Positions 1 through 12,287 of a stretch of DNA of 64,000 nucleotides are shown piece by piece (position 1 is the first letter of the stretch; every line of letters begins with the position of its first letter). This DNA comes from Ascidiella aspersa (Eukaryota), in contig OZ004614.1 of assembly GCA_963924565.1 (NCBI GenBank), positions 20,274,001 through 20,338,000 on the forward strand. The letters are read 5' to 3'. The position numbers were made by a program, and so were the translations under genes. A model generated the notes under the pieces. It did no database searches. It was not told where the DNA came from and saw nothing but the letters and a program-made list of their open reading frames with translations.

Positions 1-656
1 TGGCTCATGGCTATACCTATAGTAGGGAAACCCAGTTTTACAGCCACGTTTATTTGCTGACAAAGTCCGTTCGTCCACAGTCAAATTCACAGAGTTGTAC
101 TGGTTTGTAATGTGCCCGGAGTGGCGTGTGCAAAACCATGAAACGGATACATTTTCACATCGCACTTGATTGTGGCGAGCTAAAATATGCTACCTATATA
201 CCTACATGAGATTCAAGCCAATCAATCACTTCTATTGTGGTCATATTGGATTGACGTTGATGCATTTTCTTTTCTGACGTTCGTTTTTAGAGCTGATTAA
301 CAAGGAATTACAAGTTTTTTTTTAATTCGTGAATCAGCATTCGCGTGAAGGTTACTTGTCGTGACCACCAGCCTGTTTGTCATCTGATTCATCGCGGCTT
401 TTGACTTGTGTATATTGCAACTAAGTCGACCAGAACAACTCGTTTATAATCGTTATGTGCTTACTTCGGCGGTGGGTTTCGTGCTATTAACTACAACAGT
501 GCTCACGAAATGACTCATTGCGTTTTTTAAGCTCTATACGACATGTACGAACAGCCGCTTTAACCCAAAATTCAATCATCCTTGCGGCCGCAGAATGTTG
601 AGGATTGTATGAAGTTGTTTTGAAGCGAAATAGTGCTGTTTTACAATGGAGAAATC

Positions 657-1056
657 CAGTGTTGTAAACAAGTCATTTTGTAATGACTTCAGTACTAGTC
701 AAGTCATTCGTAAAATAACTTAAGTCTAAGTGTTTTTAAATAAGCAACAAGTCAAGCCCCAACCAAGTCATCAGTTGCCCGAGTCAAAAAAAGTCAATTG
801 TTGAGAAATTCAACTTCAAGTCAAGTCCTTGTCATAAAAATAAAACGCCAAACTACTAAAACTGGTAGCACGTAAATATAACACCGACGTTTGGTATGGC
901 AAGTCAATTTTTTATGTTAAAAAAATAAGATAAATAACCCTATTGTATAAAAAAAGGTTCATAAAAACCCCTGATTTCGGTCAAAGTCATTTAAAGATCA
1001 GTGACGTAAGTGCACTTAAGTCAAGTTGGTCATTGACTTAAGTCATTACAACACTG
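657..1056. mobile_element. AAGTCA-rich non-autonomous DNA element (family B)
   Basis: 11-bp TIR cagtgttgtaa / ttacaacactg; many aagtca/tgactt motifs; related copy at 10209-10680; no clear TSD. Confidence 0.65.
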
Positions 1057-4000
1057 TGAACCCCACTCGAGCTAAAAATCCGCGTGGGGAGAATTGCGAA
1101 TCTTTCGCTCACGCCCGGGTAGGAAAGCGGTGGTAAGGAAGAAAAATGCCCGGGTAAGAAAGAAAGTAACTCTAAAAAAACACAGAAACAAAAAAAGCGC
1201 GTTGACGTTTCGCGACCCTTTAGCACAAAGAGATCGGCGAGGGCCTGTCAATCAAACGCTGGGCGTGGCAATCTGCTGTTCCGCCTCGTCGCAAGTGAAC
1301 TGGCAAATAAGACGGTCGTGATTCGCCGTACTTTTTCCGCGCCCTCACTGACCCGGATTATAGATTGGACGGTGGCGGAAATTCCAATTTTCTCTTTGCG
1401 CGTTTAATTCCAAATATTGGCCTTACTGTCGTAACACGTGACGTTTGGTTTAACTTTAGTTTAACTTCACGCAGATAGGTCACATATTAAACACGCCACT
1501 CCATTAACGCCGCTTTCACACAGGCTGTATAAGGTGTTACTCTGATTGCGGGAAGCATTAAGTTGACAGATTTCAGAAACACACGATAGCATGATTTGAA
1601 ATTTCTATTTAGTTGCAAACGTTTAGACATAAGTTAAACGTTATGCCATTTGGAAAACATACTTTTGCATTATTTATGCCTCTGACGAATATCTTACGCT
1701 ATCCATAACATTATATTTTGGATATATGCTGATACCAACATTTTTGTCTGTGTTGTTCGTTTTAGGATTTTAATTTTGTATTAAAAAACGCCAAGTTGAG
1801 GTCACTGAAAGCAACCGTAATTTTTTTGCAAAGCATTTGCAAATTTGTGGCCGTTTGCGTTTCAACTTATTGCCTTGGAAAATGAAGGTTTGTTACTGAA
1901 CAGTTTAATGAGTCAGCCAAAGTTTTCATAGCTGCTGCTTTAAATAGTATGGATCCTGTGTGAAATATGATGCGAACCAAGTACCAAAGCCCGCAAAGGA
2001 TAAATGTGCTCCCCCAAATTAATTTTATTATGTTGGCGAATCGTCACGACCGCCCGCACCCCCTCAATTAATTTTAACGCCGCAAAGCTGCATGTTTATT
2101 GATCTTAGCTCTGTCGTACGGGCGTGGCGATTCGCCAAGTTCAGAAATCGGTAAATCATCGGCACCCAGCAGGGTCGAGCTACTCATGGTCGAGTGAAAA
2201 TTAATCTGACAATGTGGGGCCGAAAAGTCTTGCCGATGCCATGGCTATTATAAATTTTGTGCCACCACTAATTAAATTTTTATTCACCCTACACACCCAG
2301 TTGAAAGGTATTTCGGGCTGGCAGGTGTTTTCATTAAGTATCTTGATTTGGCCACAGTTTGATAAACGTCAACATTAGAGGGACTAAAAATGAATCTTTA
2401 CAGCAATTATTGAATCTGAGTTTTGTGTTCCTCCGTTCGTAGCGGATATTAGAAAAAAATACTATGGCATATATATGCAGTTCGTAATATTTGTAAATCA
2501 TTTGGGAAATTATTCTTTAATAAGTGGAAAAAAGCCAAGTCTCACCACAGATATTAAATTATGAAAATTTAATGGCATGTGCAGAAGTCGGTCAGGTTAC
2601 CTTGTTAGCATATTTGTGACGGATATGGATAGTGGGAAAGTATCTAAGACAAACGAGCTAACCGCAAAATTTTGCAGACAAAATTGGAATCAACCTTTAA
2701 CGCAAAAGGAAACACTTCAGACAAATTAGACAAAGTTGTGCAAGGAGGTGTTATAGATTAGTTTATTTCGGGCGTCTGCGCCTCAACAACCCGTATGGGT
2801 CTATTAACCGTCACTCAGCGGCTATAATTCAAGTGGTTTTCCAACAATTTCCGGCGGCCGTATTAAGTGAACGCCGAAATTGAAAGATTAGGAAACCGCC
2901 CTAACGTGTGCGTCTGCTGCCTGCTGCTGTGGAGTGTCTTTCGTTCGCACAGAATGCGCCAGTGCCTATAGAGTCTGCTGCAAAACTTTCAAATTCAAAA
3001 GACGCGCAAAGCCAAACAACGTCACGGGCCTTTGCCACGTCACAATGGGACGGTTAAAACCGGGTTTAACCTCGGTTAAACCTAAACCCAGACAAAGGAA
3101 TTTTAACCCCCAGTCGCCCGAAAGCGACAGCTGAGACGGATGGCTTCCGTGTATTTAGGAGATCGGAATCCTGTTAATGCTCGAAATTCACCTTCCTCGT
3201 ATCCGCTTTTCTTTCGGCATTGCAGCTAGATCCACTTACGTCCACAAAGCGAGGTTCTGTTGTTCTTGTATACGGCTGGCGTGCAAGGCGCTGGTGGGAA
3301 ACTTAAACTTACCCCGCAGCCGGGTAATGTTTCACCCTTTAATCCGTTCTCACTGTGCTAGTTTCACCCGCGGGGTCTGCTGGGGCCGCCACCTGGGTTT
3401 TGGCACTCGAAAGCGGCCGTTTTGGGTTGTTGACGTTTCCTTTTTGTCGAGAGCTTGCACGAACACTTAATTTTCACCATGCAATAACGTTTAATGTTAT
3501 ACGTTTTTCGTCTTGACAGTATAATTGTTTTTCTCATTAAAAAAAATTACCTTCTTGCAAATGTCATATAAGTAAAAATAATTTATTTTTGTCACTTAAA
3601 CATATACTTGATCATTTACTTGCAGCAATTAGCGCAATCAAAATATTGTAAATTATTTTAAACCTCTCAAACACCAAGATTTTTTAATGTTTTTTTGATG
3701 ACGTAATTTTTTTCCTATTTTTTCCCTCCCGCCCCCGAATTTTTCACATGCACACGAATTATTTAGCCACCAAAGAACGTCTAATTGCCCCAAGCGCGAT
3801 TGCAACAACAGATTGGATTTTGGGGTAAACAGAGAACCCGCGGAGCCTCGCAGATGGGGCGTTGGGTAACTTATAGGGGGTAAACAAAACACCAACGCCA
3901 CCAAAGCGGGAAAAACATTTACCAAATTTCAAACTGGCCCGCTGGTCCACGATGATTGATTAAGGGATTAATCGGTCCGCTGATTTTATTTCGTTGTGCT

Positions 4001-4123
4001 GCCTATACACCAAATAAGAATCTTGCAAAAACACTTTGTGTTTCACAAATCTCTTCTCGGTGCGTTTGAAATAAAAACGCTGTTTGTGCAAGGGTAAAAA
4101 TCTACAAGGAAACAATAAAAACC

Positions 4124-4287
4124 TAATAAGAATATCAAAGCCCATACAGAAGTATAGGTATCATTTTGAACGGTAAAGTTAATAATGAACAAAGAGTTAT
4201 TCGAAACGTTCAAAATGCTAACTACATTTGTATGGGCTTTGACATTCTTAATACGTCTTACTACAACCTTCAACCATTATGCTCCAA
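4124..4287 (+). mobile_element. Foldback/Penelope-like element copy
   Basis: Same sequence family with an intermediate-length inverted arm; flanks aataaaaac / aataaaaaaac resemble a TSD. Confidence 0.7.
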
Positions 4288-6150
4288 AATAAAAAAACAT
4301 GTTATGTTACAGTTGCAAGTAAGATAATTGACAACCGCAAGTAACTCTACAAAGCGGCGTAAATATAGCAAATTATTTTTAGTATAAGGCTATTTTCCAA
4401 GCATACTTTGGCATAAAACAATTTGCTAGCTTTATTTGTCATATTTTGTGGTTATTGCGTGGTACAATGTTCGAAATCAAATGAGTTAAATTGATTGTTC
4501 ATGTTTAAACATTACATTTTGATTCTAAGTGACTTGGTAATTTTCTAAGTGACTTGGTTATTTGGCCGAGGCCCGCCTGATTCGCAGTTGTACTAACCTT
4601 TTAATAACACAATTCTTATGGTTAAAATTTTTGTGCGGCCCACAGAGACGTTTCTGAGTTTAATTTTGGCGTGCGGCTAGAAAAAGGTTGCCGACCTCTG
4701 CTATAGCAGCTGTTGGAAAGATACGGCCCGCGGACCGGATCGGGCCTAAATCATTCGGTGGGCAATCTCTTTTACAAACTGAGCACAAGAGATGAGATAT
4801 TTTAACTACACGTAAATGCAAAACAAATGTTAAAAAATCTGATTGGTCTTTTAAGTACAATAGCATTGTAACTGAACGTTATCAGCCCAAACTAGCTCTA
4901 GTAAATTAAATGTTCATAATTTAAGCTAATCAAACGCATTTAAAAAAAAAACGTTGTCTGCCTTTTTATAATAATTAAGCTCAGTTTCAATGACATAAAA
5001 ATCATATGAACTGCTGTGATTCAGAAATTTAATTCTAAAACGCTTAAAAGTCGCACGTTTTTCTAACAAAATTTTTGGTGAAAATGTATTACGACTCGTC
5101 AAGACCTTGTAGCGTTTTGGTTTTACATACTATATAATAGCAATCATTTTGACTTTTTATGGGACTTTTCACTTGAATTTTTTATGGGGCTTTAATCAAA
5201 TTCATATTGATTTGTTTACAACACTAAAATTTTGTTCAACGAGTTTAAGCTTATAATAAATTCCACCTTCTGGGACAAACACTTGAAGCTATGTGCTGTT
5301 TGTTTTGAAATTGCCTTAATGCATTAGCGTGGCGCGTGTGCCCACGACCATTATCACCTTAAACACACCCAAAGTCCCGATTCCCGGAATTCTTAATCTC
5401 GCGTTTTCTCGAAAGAGCTCGCGTTCCTTAGACTTAATGCGATAAACAACTGTACATTAATCGCTTTTTCGGACAGCAGTTTTCATCGGGAACGCATCTT
5501 CCTCATATATGTTGACCGACATTGATTTTTTAGATTTATTTTGCTGGCCATTTCGCGTAGAACATGCTTCAAAGCAACTTCCAAAGTTATGTTGCTTGAA
5601 ACCCAATTTAACATACAAATTTAACAGTTTACTGTCACTTTATTTTTTTTGCAGTTATTTTGTCAAGTTACAGTTTACCGATTTAGGTTTTTAATATTAT
5701 AATATAGACTACCTGTAAATTTAGAATGTTCGTTAAGCCTTTTATTCCGATCACCGGTAGTTTAGGCATAAAAATATCCGTTGATCTGGCGTTATTTCTT
5801 CGAACAATTCAAAAAACGTTATTAACAAAATCAATAACGTTAACAGAATTTAAATATGCTAAGCCATATTACAAGTTACACCGAGGAAAAGTAACAGTTA
5901 AAAACGTTTCCGTTCTGACGCGTTCTTATGTAACTCTCGAGGTGAAAAACGCAAAGCTCGGTCCTTTGCCAAATACAGTGTGAGGTATTAAACATGTTCC
6001 GTGTTAGCGTTAAAAGGTAAGGTGAATAACTAATTATGAAACTGAAATGAGAACACATTTTCAATGTTTTGTCTTTAGGTTGACATTGTTCTTTTGCAAC
6101 AAACTATACTCCCTTTCGTGAGAAAGCCCAACGCAGTGTTGGCATCTCTT

Positions 6151-6675
6151 GGTGATCTCCAAATTCCTGGTGTCTTCTTGACCATATTCGTTTTAAAGGG
6201 ACAAAACTTTATCGGTTGTTTTCAACATAGCATCATCTATTTCCGTTTCTAGTATTTTTCAGAGTACATCGGAGTCATTTTTGACTGTTATGTTTGTTGA
6301 AAATCGGTTTAGCATGCCACAACTATATAGTTAAGCGATGATCTTCAATTTCCTAAAGGCACCTTCTTGACCGTACATCGTTTTAAAAAGACAGTACTTT
6401 ACCCGTTTATTTTCAACAGATATAGTTTCATCTTACCGTTGCTAGTATTTTTTAAGTACTCTGGGGGCATTTTTGACTGTTATGTTTGCTAAAAAGCTGT
6501 GTAAGTATGCCTCTATGTATAGCAAAGTCGGTGATCGCAAAATTACGTGTTTTTAACCAAAGGCCCTTTTAAAGAGCCAATATTTTATTGTTCTGTTTTC
6601 AAAAGATAGTGTCATCTATTAAATGTTTCTCTTGCCAATATTTTGTTGAAATACTTGAGTGTTATTTTCGCTGAA
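6151..6675. repeat. Diverged tandem repeat, ~190-bp unit, ~2.7 copies
   Basis: Units start at ~6151, ~6337 and ~6530; blocks tgatc, ttttaaa and ttttcaa recur in all three, cttcttgacc and tttttgactgttatgtttg in the first two. Confidence 0.75.
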
Positions 6676-7904
6676 AAGCGCAAACATCACATTCCAAAGC
6701 GAGACTTTGAACCCCGGTATCTGCTCTCGAGTGGCATTGCAAACATTCGAGAGAAGGAGTGTCTAATAAAGCCACATGCCGTCATTTGTTTGCCGTACAA
6801 CGACGTGCACCGCGGCAACGTACGTTACTACACTGCTGGTTGACACGATCGCGAAACGACTTCACCGAGAAAAGACCTTCACCTCTGGGACTCGGTCGCC
6901 AAATGACTGACGACCAAAGTTGTCCTCCTCAAATCTAAAAGTAGGTATAGAAAGCAGCAAAAACCAAATGACGGTATAAAAGACACCGAGGGCAAATAAC
7001 TCGACAGTTAACTGACGCGTGGGATAAACGACTACCATTAAAACAGCACCCTGTAAAAAAAGACGGAAATGACCAGTTTTTGCCGATTGCAGCATCTTAA
7101 TCACGTAAAGACATACTCCGCGCATTGCTTATGGCAGATATCGTGTATAGTATCGCATCTCATGCGGATCCGATACTGAAAATGTTGAATACCCAGCCTA
7201 AGGAGATATATTGGCCAGTGTTAGACGTTTCCAGACAATGTTTTCGAAGAGGCTAATCACGTTTACGGTTTAAATTTCACGCATGAAAACAAAGTATTAG
7301 TGGTTTGTTCGACCGTTCGCCAGCGAAGGTCTTATTGGCGCGCAAGTTTACACCAAAACAGTCGAGTGAAAAACAATTTTCCAGTGCTGTTGCCAACCGA
7401 AACACACGGTGCTTTAATCCTCGCCGTGCGTCGCACTCAGGCCGATCGCGAAGGAAAAAAACAAGGCAAGAAATGTTAATGTGTGCTTTACGCTCCACCG
7501 CCCATTTTTTGGTTTTATTTTACGGCCAACTGGAGACGAGCACTTTAATTTTAGGGTTGTCACCTTTTGGGGCACTTTTTTCAGGGGAGGGGAGCGACAC
7601 CCGTGTGTGATATTTTTCACCTAATCAGGAAGTTGTTAGAAGTATATATGCTTTGCCGATGGCATGAAACGCATCTTGTGGTGCGCTATCACAGAAGACC
7701 ATGAGAAAAGGTACGAATTGCGTTGCTAAATGTAGTTTGGGTATTTCCTATGCTTTGGAAAATCACCTAAAATATTTCCACGCTGGGAGCGAAGAAGGTC
7801 AAGCCTTTATTGGTACACATTCGCACCACTCTATCAATGTAAAAGTATTATACGAACTTAACCAAATGCACATATAATTTTAGTTGATTCAGCCAGTTAT
7901 AACG

Positions 7905-8184
7905 CAGTGGTCTGCAACCTGTGGGCCGCGACCCCGAGAATGCAATTTACCGTTGAAAATTGAAATTTTTGTGATCGCTCGTTTGTTAAATTCAAATATA
8001 TACATTCGAACATGTGCAGCCACAGTTCTCTGGAATTGTGTTCAATTTACGCATATTCGATCGTGTTACTTTGTTCCATTGGAATATTTTTATTCGTATC
8101 TGACACAAAACGGGGTCGCAATGTAAATTCTGATTTCATTTTATTCAAATTGGGGCCGCTTGCTAAAAAGGTTGAAGACCACTG
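7905..8184. mobile_element. hAT-type MITE
   Basis: TIR cagtggtctgcaacc / ggttgaagaccactg; 8-bp TSD ttataacg / atataacg. Confidence 0.8.
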
Positions 8185-10208
8185 ATATAACGAATGCAGC
8201 AACGCACGCGCATTTTTGTCGAGTCACGATGTTCTGCGTAACACTGACTGTTGTTGCACGGATTATTTTGATCGTTTGTGCGTGCGTTGTTGTTTCTCTA
8301 TTTTATATTCTAAGGTTTGTACGTCTGTTGTTCTTGTTTTTTTTTCTCGCTCACGTATCTTATATCGCTTTTTCAGTTCTGTACCCCACCGTTCACGTTG
8401 TATTCCTTATCTTATAGTGTTTTCTGTTGGCACTTAAAAAAGGTTACATTCGGCACTGGCACCTTTCGTTATATCGTTGTGGTTGTTTGTGGAACTGAGG
8501 CGTTTTATTGTTTTACGCCTTCTATTGTTTTTTTACATTTCGCCTATATGTTATACAGTTGTAAGAAACTTAGTATAGCGCTTGGTATCCGACAGGCTTT
8601 TAAGTAAGGCTCCATAGGCACCAGAATATCCCCGTAAAGCGGTAACAAATATCTTCTACACGGAATTTCCACGTAGCAACAACAACACTAAAGCTATTGC
8701 AACCACGCACAAAAGCATGTCACCGCCAACGCCCCAGCAACACCCCCGTTTACCCTCCCGATAGCGCCAAAACCGCAACAATTTGTCAAAAAAGCCTGAA
8801 ATATTGACAGAGCGGCGACCCAGCAAGGCAGTGTGCTACAGCGGGCAAACGCTACCACAGGATCTTATCGGTTTCCGCGCCGTGCGGCAAAGGCATGGGT
8901 CTATTTCGGGAGGTGCTCCATTGCGATTGAGCAAATGACCGCTTAACTAGAACCGACGACTGGTCAACAGGACAATAGCGGCGCGTAATTGCCCCGAAAG
9001 TGCGACGCCGTTACCTCGTTGCGGAGACAATACTCCACCAGCGGGGCTTGGCAGCGGCAATAACACATCATCAGAGTACCTTTTAAGGTCTTGTTTGTTT
9101 GGGTTTGAAAGGCCAGTCGGAATAGGCAAATTATCCGGAACCTGAATGAGAGGCTTTGCTCTTTCCTACTTGTCTCTTGTGTTACCGTTTATCGGAGAAC
9201 ATGGACGCTGGACGGATTGCATAGGGTTTTGAGATGTTTCCGGGTTGTTGAAGCTGTCAAAGCTTCGGCAAACTTCGATATAAACTTATTACAACGGTGA
9301 AGTTTGAACGCATGAACTACTTAGGCAATATAATTTGTATGCTCCAAAAAGTTGCATGATACATTATTTGCAGTGTGCTGCTATTGTTTGGAGCTTAGTT
9401 GTACGCAAACTGAAATTTCTAAAAGGGGGGCTGTTTTAGCGTTTTATTTCCAAAATATGATTGCGTGGTTCAGGCGATACATACGAGTTAATCCATTGGA
9501 CTGGGTCGTTTCTACTGTTGTCTAAGTTCCCCCATTTTTAAACGGTTTTATCCTTATTATTGTATACGACAGAAATCTATTTGAGTCATGTTTTATTTAA
9601 CACTCAAAATGTCAAGAACCTTCACCTCAACAGAATAATGCAGTAAATCTCGTTATTTCAATGGGCAATTGTCGTTGATACTCTTGTCAGTAAACTGTAC
9701 CAACGTACTGTCAAACTTGAATAAACTAAAGCGTCTGGCCGTTTTCCTTTTGCAGCCAAGGCCCGGTAAATATCCACGTGGTCTGCGCGAAAATACTGAC
9801 TCACACTTGTTTTGCGCAGAACGAGCCTCATTGTCGCGATCTCCGGACAATGGATTCGGCCTCCCACTGTCTGGAAAGCCACATCGGGCTCGAGTCGGTA
9901 AAACGATCGATGACCGTTCTTGCCGTATACGGCCAGCAAACGTGATGTAACCTGTTTTCGAGTGCTTTCGTTCTTGTGTATTTGCGGCCGAAAGGAATCC
10001 GACGGTTTATCTTTTTCCAGTCGCTCAATATACAAGCGCCACGCCGCCTAAGCGTGGATTAGCTCCACCCGTCCATCCATCACGCTGTGCACGTCTTATG
10101 TAATTTAATTTTACAGTAAAGAGGTGGTACCTCCGTGAAAGACATAATCTTGTTCGTTGTTTATATTCCATTTTTTTGCCCTAATTATTAACCGTCAAGC
10201 GTGCAATC

Positions 10209-10680
10209 CAGTGGTGCAAACAAGTCATTCATAAAATGAATTTAAATTAAAAGTCATTCGTTGCCCCAATCAAGTCAAAGCCAGATAGAAGTCATTACTA
10301 GAGCAAGTCACCTCCAAGGCGGCAAGTCTTTGTCATAAAAATAAGACATTAATCTTTTGAAACTGGTAAACTCGTCCTATTCGGACAATAACTTCACTCA
10401 AATGCCAAAAACGCCACATAAAGCAAGTTAAACTTAAAAGTAGAATTAGCTCCACCAGGCAAAAAATCTTCGTTAACACCATAAGAGCGATTTCTATCTA
10501 TTGATAAAGCAAGTTAGTTGTTTAGTATGCTAAATTGAGGCGAATAAATCAACTTTAAAAACAATGGTTGAATGAAAACACTTTTCAATTTAAGTCATTT
10601 TATTTTTATAAATAACGAAGTCAATTCACTTGTAAACAGCGACTTAAGTCAAATTATTACCTTAGATCATTTTAACGCTG
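10209..10680. mobile_element. AAGTCA-rich element (family B), diverged copy
   Basis: Starts cagtggtgcaaacaagtcatt; shares aagtcattcg, ttgtcataaaaataa, aaactggta and gacttaagtca blocks with 657-1056. Confidence 0.6.
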
Positions 10681-10775
10681 CCATTTACCCCATGGACAGT
10701 TATGTCATCCTTCAAAATGACCCTTTCTTCCAAGGGTTTCCTAAACACCCTGTCTGGCATCACGGGGCACAGTTA

Positions 10776-10822
10776 CCCCCCTCCCCCCCCCCCCTCCCCC
10801 CTCCCCCCCCCCCTCCCCCCCC
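10776..10822. repeat. Poly-C/G tract (G-quadruplex potential on the minus strand)
   Basis: C-runs separated by single T over ~47 nt. Confidence 0.85.
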
Positions 10823-11970
10823 AACAAAGACGATGGACGTCCCATTGTTCCGTTTTCCGTTTTCTCTGACTCAGCCTATTACGTCTTGTTTGATGTCAAC
10901 GCGATCTTTATGTGGCATATGTGCGAATTATGCCTTGGACTCAATGCCCTCGACCGCCCTTTCGAATTGGCCACTGCGCTTTTATTTCTTTCCACATGTT
11001 AAGTGACTAATGTGCTGTGATCCCTCCCTTTTATATACGATTTAAAATATATGTTTTTGATTATACTAAAAATCTCGTCATGTCAGCCCTGCACGTGTAA
11101 CTATAGGCGCTGTACAACTTATATAAACATTATGTCCAAGATTTTAAACGTAAATTACCTTTTCATTTTTTGAAGCATAAAGCGATGCTTAGGGGGGAAA
11201 CGTCTTCTGCCCACCCCAAACGAATTTCTCAAGAATATATTTCGATTTAACTTTATCATACCAATCTTTTACCGTAATTGTTATTTACTGTGAACCAGTT
11301 TTGTCTAGCAAACATTTATTTTAAAATGATTTAGGTGTCACTTAAGTGTTTTGCAATTTAAGTCAATCTCAAATAACACAATTAAATCTCAGTTTAAAAT
11401 CTCATGTCCTTACAAATGTTTAAAACTTATTGATCAAATAGCAAACGAAGACTGTTTTACTCAAACAAATTAAATGAATACCAATTTTAGTAGCAAACAT
11501 GTATTTTGCTAAAAATATTCGATAAAGTTAAGTAACTTTACACAAACGACCAAACTCGAGTTATATAATTTATAAACAGTGATCGATTGGCTTATATAGA
11601 CATAAAACTTGAAGTCCTATACAACAACAGAAACAGCAGCTTAACCAAACCGGGAATGCCGCGCCCGAATCTACGCAAAAGCCGCCTAAGTAAATTCCTC
11701 CCCTTTGCCGCTGAGCGATGCGAGCGAAATAGGGGTAAACAGGAAGGACCCCCCGCGCCCCACCCAATCGTGGAACCCCCATTTGGATCCTTTGACGTCA
11801 CAATCAATCGAGACGCCGGTGAGCGCGATTTTTGCGACAGACGGAAAGAGATTGGCTGTGAATGCTGTCTATCACGTGGCTCACGCGACTGTTTTGTCTG
11901 ACAAAATGATTGGCAAACCTTGTTAAAGACGTTTTTCTCCTCCGTATAGAGTCAGATCCAACTTCTAAAC

Positions 11971-12287
11971 CAGTGGTTCTCAAGCGGGGTGCCGCGACAC
12001 CCTGGGGTGCTAGTTCTAATGCTCAAGGGTGACGCGAAATATTTGTGGATTTTGATGAATTTGAATTTTGCTCGCATTGGTAAGCCTTTTGATGCAACTA
12101 CTCTTTGTGCATGATTAGAGTACAATAAGTCAAAATGGATTTTCCGACATGTCATTTTGTACTTCCATTTTGGTTTATAGTGACATTACACTATACCAAC
12201 CAACGAAAATTGTAGTAAGGGTGTCGCAGACTATTTATTTTTTAAAAGGATGGGAACCACTGTTCTGTAAAAGGTTGGGAACCACTG
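11971..12287. mobile_element. hAT-type MITE with tandemly duplicated right end
   Basis: Left TIR cagtggttctcaa; right end gggaaccactg present twice (ending 12262 and 12287); TSD ttctaaac / ttctgtac (imperfect). Confidence 0.7.

Noticed and set aside
9014-9141. Exon-like segment on the minus strand (cattcag...gtaacg; VPDNLPIPTG...SPQR)
   Set aside because: Plausible splice sites but no recognisable homology and no partner exons in compatible phase.
10572-11006. 144-aa ORF with polyproline
   Set aside because: The prolines come from a poly-C tract and the N-terminal part overlaps a DNA-element remnant.
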